Positions 41,766-51,436 of a stretch of 64,000 nucleotides of DNA are shown piece by piece (position 1 is the stretch's first letter; each line of letters opens with the position of its first letter). This DNA comes from Barthelona sp. PAP020 (lineage: Eukaryota). Under the pieces are notes generated by a model, which searched no databases, was not told where the DNA came from, and was given only the letters and a program-made list of their open reading frames with translations. The position numbers were made by a program, and so were the translations under genes. The stretch lies in contig JARQWU010000028.1 in the NCBI GenBank assembly GCA_040182905.1, forward strand, positions 1 through 64,000, written 5' to 3'.

Positions 41766-43577
41766 TGATAAAAGGCAAAATTGAATTGGAGAAATTGGAC
41801 AGACTTTAATAGACAAGTGGTTTCAATTTTGTTTTTTATTTATTGACATTATTTAGTTCAGAAATTCAAGTAAATATACCTTTGTACAATCAGCAAAAAA
41901 AAAAGAAATCTCATAAGTATTTAGCAAGAAATTCTTTTCAAAGCACACAAACTTTCGATTGCAATGGATATTGATTATCAAAATAATCATATTCTAAAAA
42001 TCCAGTTGCATTGAACAAAGGAACAGCAAATTTCACCTGAAAAAAACATTTACTTCCTGTTAAGACAAAAGGCACATATGATGAACATAAAAAAAATCAC
42101 TAGACAGAAGATTTTACGCTGGAATTTTTGAAGATAGACGAAAACGGTGATAACGATGAAGAAAGACAATGTCACGAAGAAAACAATTTTGGAGTTCATT
42201 TTGATTTATTTAAAATGATACTAAATGCTTTGAACCATCTGCAAAATATTGTTTGTTTGCGATTAGTTCCACATTTTGACAACCAACAATAAAGACTTCA
42301 ACATAATTTATTATTATCTTTCATTTATTTTGTATTTCCACATGTGTTAGATACTTTCACTTATTTTTTTTCCATTTCACATTCTTTTATGAGTATCAGC
42401 ATCTTGAAAATTACGTCATTCTTTAAATACCCACTCGAAGAGTGCAAAAAAATGCCAAAATCATGATAAACTTGTTAATACAGGGGTGATTTAAAGTTAA
42501 TGAGTCAAAAATCCAAGAATCAGTGAAGTAGAATACCTTGGCTTTATTAAAATCAACACCAAAGAGTAGATAATTAGCTTATTAAAAGAAAAAAGAGAAG
42601 CGAAACAAAATATGTTGGATGGATTGACAATTCAAAGTGCAATCTCACTTGAAGGAAAACTGCAATCAGCCAGCATTATCTCATTAAAATACAAAAGATT
42701 CATGATCAAATTTTTACCCCAAAAGTAAAAAAAAAAAAGAACAAATAATGGAAAAAAGACAACTTGTGAAGCGAGGGGGTTTTTCCCACAGAAAACCAAC
42801 TTTTCAACTCCTAAAGGAATTAACCTTTGGTTGATTCCGATTAGTGGTCAAGTCAAATTTATGGAAAAATTTAGAATCTTAGCTTCTTTATTCTAAAGCC
42901 ACGCAGCCATACTCTTGCAGTACCCTAAGGAAGTGGTGCTGAGACATCAGTGCTCCCAGTCGTTCGCTGAATAAGAAGCTAGGCAGTCAAATTTCTGGGT
43001 AACTGCCGTTCTCTTTTTTTTTTTATTTTGAGAGCCGTGGAGGTTCCCTTTCATCTAGTCGCTTCTTTTATGGGTTCATTCTTTCTCCCAAACCATAGAG
43101 TTGTAAAGTTCGTGTTGTATTATTACAAGAAAAAAACAATAGGGGGATATTTTCAAACACATTAAACATGTTTTAGGCTTAATTATTGAATCACTTGATT
43201 ATAAATACAACCAACAAAATAACTACACTGAAAAATGTGTAAACATGCATTGAAACAATGACTTACAAAATTACCAATAAATAATCGAACAAACGTCACT
43301 ACAAAACGCAATTATCACCTTCTAACATCACCTTCACTATGTTTAAATCAATCATAAAGGGATAATTGTCCATATAAACTCGAAAGAAAAAATCCTAACA
43401 AAGAATTGACGCACTCATAGAAAAGAATATCTCACAGATGCTTAATCATTCATTTCATCTCATTTCAACAATTGGTGCTCCAAAACATGGACGGATTGTT
43501 CCTGGAAAAATATTCAAAAAGAATGAAAAGATCAAATTCATTTTTAGCTTTTTTAAATTCCTTTTTTTTTGCAGACG

Positions 43578-46364
43578 ATGGTTGTTAACACTGATGTTCC
43601 ATTCTTTAAAAAGACAATTGAACGGAAGGAAAAAGAAAAGGATATAATTTTTGTTTCAAACTGGCGATCAAAAGGCAAAAATCGTATACCCAATCTAGAA
43701 TCATACACAGAGATCATTAATTCACTGAAACCTACCGAAATTCGTGGATCCAGCTTCAAAATAATTGATCCCCATTTTGCAACAGGCGCATTTGGATTCT
43801 TATGCACAGCTGAAAGATATGGGATTGTTGTCATAATCAAGTTATTTCATAAGAAGCCGGAAAGGCATGATTTCCTCAAAGAATGCGTTCCTATGGCACT
43901 GAATCATCCTTGTATTCGTCAAATTCATGGTGTAACCGAAGTTAATGGTAAAATTGGGATAGTTATGGAATTTTGTGATTCAGTTCTAGAGCATGAAATA
44001 CCCAATCTTTCGCTACTGGAAAAGCTCACAATACTCATGCAGGTTGCTTCCACAATGGATTATTGTCACGAATGTGGTTTAGTTCATGGCGATTTGAAGC
44101 CCAACAACGTTCTTTTAAAAAGGGCGAACGGGAAGTTCATTCCTGCTTTGAGCGATTTTGGAACTGTGAAAGATGCCAACAGTTTTTCAATGGTTTCAGT
44201 GTTAGGTGCTGTTGCATATGTTGCTCCTGAAATACTTGTTTGGGAAAACGAGGACGAAATTAATCGAAAGGCAGTGGATGTTTGGGCGTTTGCTGTGATG
44301 ATGATTTATGTAATGACAGGTATTCGTCCTTTTGAGGGCAGTGATGATCGTAGAGTGTATAGAAATTTGCAAAATGGGAAATTGACATATTCTGACGAGA
44401 TGATTGATTCGGTTCCTGGTCATGGTATTGTAAAGTTGTGTTTGGATAAAGATCCTGCCAAACGTCCGTCATTCGAGTTGATTACTGATTATCTAAAGAT
44501 GCTTGTTGACACAATACATAGTGTCATAGGTCCTTATGTTAAGCATGTTATGGATCAAATTATTGTTCCAAATAGATTTGTGGATGGATTTGTAGATGAT
44601 AGGGGTTTATCATACATTTATCAGGCGGCAATGTATGGTAACCTGAAAGTTGTCAAGCAGTGTATTAAAGCTGGTTTTTATGTGAATAAATGTGCATATG
44701 AAGGAATGACTTTGCTTTGGCAAGCTGCTTTTTATGGGCGTATCAAGGTTGTTGAGTTTTTGTTGGATTTTGGCGCTGATATTAATTTATGTATGAATGA
44801 AGGTGCTTCTCCATTGTTAATTAGTTGTTACAATGGTCATCTTGATGTTGCCAAAATGCTCTTGGATTTTAGAGCAGATGTTAATTTGTGTATGAATGAT
44901 GGTACTTCTCCATTATATATTAGTTGTGAAAGAGGTCATCTTGATTGTGCTAAAATGCTCTTGTGTCATGGCGCTGATATTAATTTGTGTAAGAATAATG
45001 GTGTTTCTCCATTGTTCATCAGTTGTCAAAATGGTCATCTTGATGTTGCCAAAATGCTCTTCGATCACGGGGCTGATATCAATTCAAATATGAATGATGG
45101 TGCTTCTCCATTGTTAATTAGTTGTTACAATGGTCATCTTGATGTTGCCAAAATGCTCTTGGATCATGGAGCTGATGTTAATTTGTGTGATAATGATGGT
45201 AGTTCTCCATTATATGTTAGTTGTGAAAAAGGTCATCTTAATGTTGCCAAAATGCTCTTGGATTATGGCGCTGATGTTAATTTATGTGATAACGATGGTG
45301 CTTCTCCATTGTACATTGGTTGTTACAATGGTCATATTGATGTTGCCAAAATGCTCTTGGATCATGCCGTTGATGTTAATTTGTGTAAGAATGATGGGTG
45401 GTCTCCATTGTTAATTAGTTGTTACAATGGTCATCTTGATGTTGCTAAAATGCTCTTGGATCATGGCGCTGATGTTAATTTGTGTGAGAATAATGGTGTT
45501 TCCCCATTATATGTTTGTTGTCAAGAAAGTCATTTTGATGATGTCAAAATGCTCTTGGAACATGGAGCTGATGTTAATTTGTGTGTGAATGATGGTAGTT
45601 CTCCATTGTTAATTAGTTGCCAAAAAGGCCATCTTGATGTTGCCGAAATTCTGTTGGATTATGGCGCTGATGTTAATTTGTGTATGAATAGTGGTGCTTC
45701 TCCATTGTACATCAGTTGTCAAGAAGGTCATCTTGATGTTGCTAAAATGCTCTTGGGTCATGGCGTTGATGTTAATTTATGTACGAATGATGGATTTTCT
45801 TTATTGTACATCAGTTGTGAAAATGGTCATCTTGATGTTGCCAAAATGCTCTTGGACCATGGCGCTGATGTTAATTTGTGTATGAATGAAGGTGCTTCTC
45901 CATTGTTCATCAGTTGTCAAAATGGTCATCTTGATGTTGCCAAAATGCTCTTGGATCATGGAGCTGATGTTAATTTGTGTGTAAATAAGGGTGCTTCTCC
46001 ATTGTTCATCAGTTGTCAAAATGGTTATCTTGATGTTGCCAAAATGCTCTTCGATCACGGGGCTGATATCAATTTAAATATGAATGATGGTCATTCTCCA
46101 TTATATATCAGTTGTGAAAGAGGTCATTATGATGTTGCCAAAATGCTCTTGGGTTATAGGGCTGATGTTAATTTCTGTAGGAACGATGGTGCTTCTCCAT
46201 TGTATGGCAGTTGTGAACATGGACATCTCGGCATCATCAAAATGCTCTTGGATCATGGGGCCAATGTCAACCTCAAAACTGAACAAGGATTGGCTCCAAT
46301 AGATATTGCTCGAACCAATGGTCATACCCAAATTGTAGAGCTTCTGCACCCATTCTACAATTGA
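43578..46364 (+). CDS. TKL-like protein kinase with ~18 ankyrin repeats (15 near-identical internal units plus caps)
   Basis: ATGAFG, VIIK, HGDLKPNN, DFG, YVAPE, DVWAF, followed by the ankyrin array and C-cap GLAPIDIARTNGHTQIVELL. ATG at 43578. Confidence 0.92.
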   Translation: MVVNTDVPFFKKTIERKEKEKDIIFVSNWRSKGKNRIPNLESYTEIINSLKPTEIRGSSFKIIDPHFATGAFGFLCTAERYGIVVIIKLFHKKPERHDFLKECVPMALNHPCIRQIHGVTEVNGKIGIVMEFCDSVLEHEIPNLSLLEKLTILMQVASTMDYCHECGLVHGDLKPNNVLLKRANGKFIPALSDFGTVKDANSFSMVSVLGAVAYVAPEILVWENEDEINRKAVDVWAFAVMMIYVMTGIRPFEGSDDRRVYRNLQNGKLTYSDEMIDSVPGHGIVKLCLDKDPAKRPSFELITDYLKMLVDTIHSVIGPYVKHVMDQIIVPNRFVDGFVDDRGLSYIYQAAMYGNLKVVKQCIKAGFYVNKCAYEGMTLLWQAAFYGRIKVVEFLLDFGADINLCMNEGASPLLISCYNGHLDVAKMLLDFRADVNLCMNDGTSPLYISCERGHLDCAKMLLCHGADINLCKNNGVSPLFISCQNGHLDVAKMLFDHGADINSNMNDGASPLLISCYNGHLDVAKMLLDHGADVNLCDNDGSSPLYVSCEKGHLNVAKMLLDYGADVNLCDNDGASPLYIGCYNGHIDVAKMLLDHAVDVNLCKNDGWSPLLISCYNGHLDVAKMLLDHGADVNLCENNGVSPLYVCCQESHFDDVKMLLEHGADVNLCVNDGSSPLLISCQKGHLDVAEILLDYGADVNLCMNSGASPLYISCQEGHLDVAKMLLGHGVDVNLCTNDGFSLLYISCENGHLDVAKMLLDHGADVNLCMNEGASPLFISCQNGHLDVAKMLLDHGADVNLCVNKGASPLFISCQNGYLDVAKMLFDHGADINLNMNDGHSPLYISCERGHYDVAKMLLGYRADVNFCRNDGASPLYGSCEHGHLGIIKMLLDHGANVNLKTEQGLAPIDIARTNGHTQIVELLHPFYN
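44760..46265 (+). repeat. Coding tandem array of 15 x 99-bp ankyrin units
   Basis: GGTCATCTTGATGTTGCCAAAATGCTCTTGGAT..GCTGATGTTAATTTGTG recurs every 99 bp. Confidence 0.95.
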
Positions 46365-47427
46365 TCCAGTGCTTTCCTTTTTGACAACACTCACTGTCTT
46401 TCATTAAACATCTCATGATAGAGATGATTTCAACATGTTATTGTTCGTGTTTAGTGTTTTTTTGTTCCAAGTTTTATTTATTAGAGACATGATAAATGTT
46501 CTGTGTTTGTTTCGTTTATGTGTCTGTTTTATAACTGTACTTTTGTAAAGCTCTATTATTAATTTTGTTATTTATGTCAAATTGAGAGCTTTAAAGCCAA
46601 CTTTGGGTACATTTCTTCAGATGAAAGATCCTTGATACGTTTGCCACCTCTTGTTGTGTTTGAATTCTGATCCACATTAGTTTTGGTATGACAGTATTTC
46701 TACAGTGAATTATCAATGGGAGCACAAATCTTTCTCGTTTTGTTGAACATTACTTTTGCAAGAAGAACTGAGCATGTTGGTTTGTGACTTTTCAGCCTTG
46801 ATTAATCTAACCTTCCTTCAATGGTTGCCTTATACCTCAATAATTCACAGGACAATAAGAATAAATGCTTAAAGACCTCTTTTATTCGTGTTTGGTGTTT
46901 ATTGCTTGAACTTTTCAATTTTGACACCCATTAATTTCAGAAATTGCAAGATGAACCCTTAAACACATTCATATTGTTTTTTGCGCGAAATGTTTCCGCT
47001 TTGCAATAAACAAAAAAAAAAAGATTAGAAAAAAAAAAGAATATTTTACCAGCAGCTCCCTTTTCCGCAACTTGTTTTATAATGGGCAACGAAGGTTGTA
47101 AAGTCCAAATAGAACTCTTCCAACTTTTGTTTTGCTTCAAAAACTTTCAAAAAGAAAGAGTATTATTTGGTCTGTGAAATTGAACGTTTTTGTTGACTAT
47201 TTAAAAAGCAAATGCCCCAATTGCGACAATGTCGAAAAGTCTGCTTCTAAAAAAAAAAAGACAATTCTCATTGCTTGCGCCTTTTGCTTTAAACCTTAAC
47301 TTCCAATTTTCAAATTTGAATTTCACACATCTGGACAAAGCAGATGTACAATATATTTTTTGCTTGTCTTGGCTGGACCAATTTTGCATCAAAAACACTT
47401 AAACCAGACAACTTAAAAGAATTGAAC

Positions 47428-50400
47428 CTATTCTACTTCAAAAAAAGCTGGAGGTCTGTCTTCAACCATAAGAATGATTTTTCCCTTTGAAAAAACAAGA
47501 TTGGGAACACTATCGACAATTATTGTCTCAGACAACGGAATAACCATTGTTTGTCTTGCTAACCCCAGCCATCTTCCTTTTGAATAGACAATTGCATGTA
47601 ATTTGGGATTATATATAATGAAATCTGTTGAGGACTTTCCAATTCCAAGACCATATACCTGATCAAATTTATCAGAAGTGACTTGAAAATCTTCTAATCC
47701 AGAACGTAGACAAAACAAATATAAAGTAGAACTGGAATGAAACAAGAATTTTTGTTCAGATTGAAGGAAATACACTTCCCCTAGTTTCACCAAAGAATTG
47801 ATAAAACCAATGATTTGAGGTAACACATCTTTCTTTATCGGATTATGAGGCTCAAATAAAATTAACATTAACCTAAGAAGATCAAACATCATCAATGTCT
47901 TGAAATTGGGCAAATTAACACAACTTTGAAAAAACAATAACAACGAACGAACATCTTCCAAATTATTGGCTGCAAAACATTCTTGAGAAACTTTCACAAA
48001 TTGTTCAAAATATTTATCAATTATAGTTGTTAGTGCATATTTACACCAATTACTGGTGTTTTTTCTTCGTTTCTTCAAATCATCAGAGGTAAAAAACCTT
48101 AAAAAATATTTCATCAGATTCATTTGCTCCCCAAAATTAAACCGCTCAAATAACCCATCAAAATTGTACATAATGAATCCACAAATCTCAATTTCGATAA
48201 ATGAACCATACTTTGTGGAAGATAATGCATTGACAGTTTCAATAATGAAAGGAAAAATAGAATCAACCAAATACAAATTTTCTTTTGTTATTAAGACAGA
48301 TAAACAAATAATAGCAAGAATAACATTTTCAAAATTTTTTAACTTGGAAAGCTTATCAATAAACTGCTGAATTTCCAAAAAATTAATAATCTCTTTGGCC
48401 AGAAATTGTTTCTTTTTGAAATCTAAACAACGAAAACTAATCTCCAATACATCTAATATTTGGTTGAAAGGATATGAGGAATAGAACATCTTACTTAAGA
48501 AATTGAAAGAAGGAACTGAAAATCCATCTAATTTTGCACTTAGAACGCTCAATTCATTCATCATATATTGTGAAAGGTCAAAAAAGTCACTATCACTATC
48601 AAATATGTTAAAAAAAAGACCAAAAATTACCAAAACAAAGGAAGTAAACGTGTTACTAACCTTAAGATTTTCCTTTACTTCTTTTCTCAAGAAAATCAAG
48701 TTTGATTCACTGTTGTACAAGATAATTATTGGGTTTATGTGTTGCCAAATAGCAAAAGATTCATTCAACAGTCTAATCGGTAAAATAGGCTGTAATAATC
48801 GACAAATACTGTGAAATTCAGGATCATTCTTGGCAGAAGATATGAACTTTGATAGAGTAAAGAGATATAAGGCCTCAAAACTCACACTCAACAATGAATA
48901 TGTCCTAAACTCCAACAACAACTCATTACATTGCATCATACCAGTGGAACTAAGTCCATTTCCAAAAATAGGTGGCAATATGGGCTTCTGATGATGGCTC
49001 AACTTTATCAAATCACTTGGTTTCACCACTAAAGAATTCAAAAACTTATCTCGATTAGCTGATTCAATTATCTTTTGTAAAACCCCATCTCGAGTCCACA
49101 CGTAAATCTCTTCCTCAAAAGTGCTAACAAAAACAAAACCTTCGGGATAGAATGAAACAAACTTTGGCCTGGTACTGTGGCCACTCAATATGGAAACAGA
49201 TTTTACTACAACAGATATATGAGGTGGTGGATGTGTTAAAATAGCAACAGAACTGATCGATCCCATTACCACTGTAAATAACTCATCATTTTCAAAACGA
49301 ACACGAATATCAGTGATTCCTTCAGGAAAAAGTTCAATTTTGCCAATAAAACTATAAGTTAACGAGTTTACAGGAACTTTCATTTGACCTAAAAATCTAT
49401 AAGCAACCGTTCCATTGTCAATCAAACGATACATATGCAAATCACCACTCTGGTAACCAATTAAAAGACGAATACAACCATGATCCATTCCATGATGTTC
49501 GTCAACCAAAAAACAAGAAGCAGAAGGTTCCTCTTTCAAAGGGATCAATAGATCTTCACATAAATTCCAACCAACAACAAGAACATAGGGGAAAGTTTCA
49601 CTATCACATAACTCTTCATCAGATTCAACGTCTGAATCATTTAGATCATTTTCTTTAGCAAAAGCAGTTAAAACTCGATCACCAACAGTATAAAAGCTAA
49701 CATCTTTGGGATTATTGCGGGAAAAATAAACTTCGATTTTTTGGAAAATCATTGGTGATGTTACTTTTGAATAATCAATATTTTCCCCAGATTCAGCAGA
49801 TTCACTGACATTTGCCAGTCCTGTGCCACAAAAATTAAAAAAAACTTCATAACTAATAACATTAAAATAATCATGGTAAAACAATACATACATTTCATCT
49901 GCAAACGTTAATAAAGCAAAATTCTTTGTGAAACTTATCTTGTAATCAATACCAATATTATAATAACAACCTTTATCTTTTGTATCATCATCTGATAAAC
50001 TTATTTGAACTTTAGAACAATACCCATTAGTCTCCTTTGTACTAATCATCCATTCACCCAAAAATTTTAAATCACCAGTCGAAGGAGGATCAGCAAGATT
50101 ACAAACAATTTCTTCCTCTTCAACATCATTGTTAAAGAAAGGGGGAAACTCACTGGCGTCATAATCAGTTTTGTAATCAAACGAATCTCTTTCATCATCA
50201 TAATCAATTGAATGTAATCTGGAGCCAAGTAAATATGCATAAGGATCTTCTTCTTCTTCTTTTTCCTCTTTCTTTTGCTTCTTGGTGCTCAATTCCAATA
50301 AAACAATACGATCAACAGTAGCAACAATTATATGACCATCATCCAACCAAAATATACTTTTTAGTAGGGGCAAATCGCATCTAACTATTAAATTCAACTC

Positions 50401-51135
50401 ATAGTCAAAAATTCTAAACCAATCACCCTGCATCACTGAAAACATCTTCCCATTAGGACTCACATCAACTGCCAATATAGGGCAATGGCATGCTCGCAAG
50501 TTAAAATTACAAAAATGGTTTTCACTGACCTTATGGTTGGCTGCGTGAATGTTGATGATATTATAAAAATAGAAACAGCCATAGTTATCCAAGAAATATA
50601 AATACCTGAAGCCATATTTCTCAATAATAGAAACATCAGCTATCCATTTGTAGAAATGAAAAAAATCAAATATCTTTAACGTAATTAAATCAACATAAAC
50701 AACTTCACCAGTGGTAGAAGTAATAAATAAGATTTGATGTGGTTGTGTATCAATAGGAGTGTATAATGCAGTGTCTGTAATCATTCCAATATCAAAACAT
50801 TTTATTGTTTTGGTTAAGAAATACGTATCCAAAAGATACAAATCAATAAATGTATCAGAAACAGCAATTAAATATTGTTTAGTCAATAACAATTGTTTGT
50901 AGGATCGTGTATTCTCACTTGATAACAATATTTGAGCTTGTAAAGTTTGTTGAGGTGAAATACATACATCCGGTATGAATTTTCCCTCTAAAAGGGACCA
51001 AACTATTATGTTACCTTCTCTTGACGCTGTAAATAATCGATGATATAATTCGTCAAAAGCATGGGATACAACATGATGATTGATCTCAATATCAGATAAT
51101 AACAATGAATAATTTAAATAATTTTGATTGCTCAT
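47428..51135 (-). CDS. WDR7/WDR72 (rabconnectin-3 beta)-like WD40/helical protein
   Basis: N-terminal HHVVS....LFTASREGNIIVW and LSGH....KFVSFYP...FVSTFEEEIYVW..DGVL resemble WDR7. Helical C-terminal region. Confidence 0.55.
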   Translation of the reverse strand: MSNQNYLNYSLLLSDIEINHHVVSHAFDELYHRLFTASREGNIIVWSLLEGKFIPDVCISPQQTLQAQILLSSENTRSYKQLLLTKQYLIAVSDTFIDLYLLDTYFLTKTIKCFDIGMITDTALYTPIDTQPHQILFITSTTGEVVYVDLITLKIFDFFHFYKWIADVSIIEKYGFRYLYFLDNYGCFYFYNIINIHAANHKVSENHFCNFNLRACHCPILAVDVSPNGKMFSVMQGDWFRIFDYELNLIVRCDLPLLKSIFWLDDGHIIVATVDRIVLLELSTKKQKKEEKEEEEDPYAYLLGSRLHSIDYDDERDSFDYKTDYDASEFPPFFNNDVEEEEIVCNLADPPSTGDLKFLGEWMISTKETNGYCSKVQISLSDDDTKDKGCYYNIGIDYKISFTKNFALLTFADEMYVLFYHDYFNVISYEVFFNFCGTGLANVSESAESGENIDYSKVTSPMIFQKIEVYFSRNNPKDVSFYTVGDRVLTAFAKENDLNDSDVESDEELCDSETFPYVLVVGWNLCEDLLIPLKEEPSASCFLVDEHHGMDHGCIRLLIGYQSGDLHMYRLIDNGTVAYRFLGQMKVPVNSLTYSFIGKIELFPEGITDIRVRFENDELFTVVMGSISSVAILTHPPPHISVVVKSVSILSGHSTRPKFVSFYPEGFVFVSTFEEEIYVWTRDGVLQKIIESANRDKFLNSLVVKPSDLIKLSHHQKPILPPIFGNGLSSTGMMQCNELLLEFRTYSLLSVSFEALYLFTLSKFISSAKNDPEFHSICRLLQPILPIRLLNESFAIWQHINPIIILYNSESNLIFLRKEVKENLKVSNTFTSFVLVIFGLFFNIFDSDSDFFDLSQYMMNELSVLSAKLDGFSVPSFNFLSKMFYSSYPFNQILDVLEISFRCLDFKKKQFLAKEIINFLEIQQFIDKLSKLKNFENVILAIICLSVLITKENLYLVDSIFPFIIETVNALSSTKYGSFIEIEICGFIMYNFDGLFERFNFGEQMNLMKYFLRFFTSDDLKKRRKNTSNWCKYALTTIIDKYFEQFVKVSQECFAANNLEDVRSLLLFFQSCVNLPNFKTLMMFDLLRLMLILFEPHNPIKKDVLPQIIGFINSLVKLGEVYFLQSEQKFLFHSSSTLYLFCLRSGLEDFQVTSDKFDQVYGLGIGKSSTDFIIYNPKLHAIVYSKGRWLGLARQTMVIPLSETIIVDSVPNLVFSKGKIILMVEDRPPAFFEVE

Positions 51136-51436
51136 TCAATATTGAATTAAAATTTCACATTGTGGTAAAAACCGAACGGCAAAGAATTCAAAAAAAAACA
51201 GTTTATCTCATATATACATATGTTTTAAAAATAAAAATACTGTAGTCAACATATACAAACAAAAAAAAACTTCAAACAAAAAAATTGAACAATTTTTACC
51301 AACTAATAAAATGAACATACCATACTTTTACATTAACATTCTTTGTAAAAGATTGAAATTCGAATGCAATTATTTGGTTAATTTTTTAAAGACAATAAAA
51401 CAAAGATATACAAATTTTTTATTTATATATGATATC

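Noticed and set aside
35030..46265. Regularly spaced conserved ~30-nt motifs with variable intervening sequence, resembling CRISPR arrays
   Set aside because: The period is 99/102 bp, in frame within long ORFs encoding ankyrin repeats. The context is eukaryotic and there are no cas genes.
35681..46394. Alternative-frame and antisense ORFs over the ankyrin arrays
   Set aside because: By-products of repeating a stop-free unit; no independent evidence of coding.
46580..46850. Minus-strand broken frame CELLRYK...SRLKSHKPTC resembling a BED zinc finger of a hAT transposase
   Set aside because: No clear CxxC, in-frame stops, and no transposase core or terminal repeats; too weak to call.
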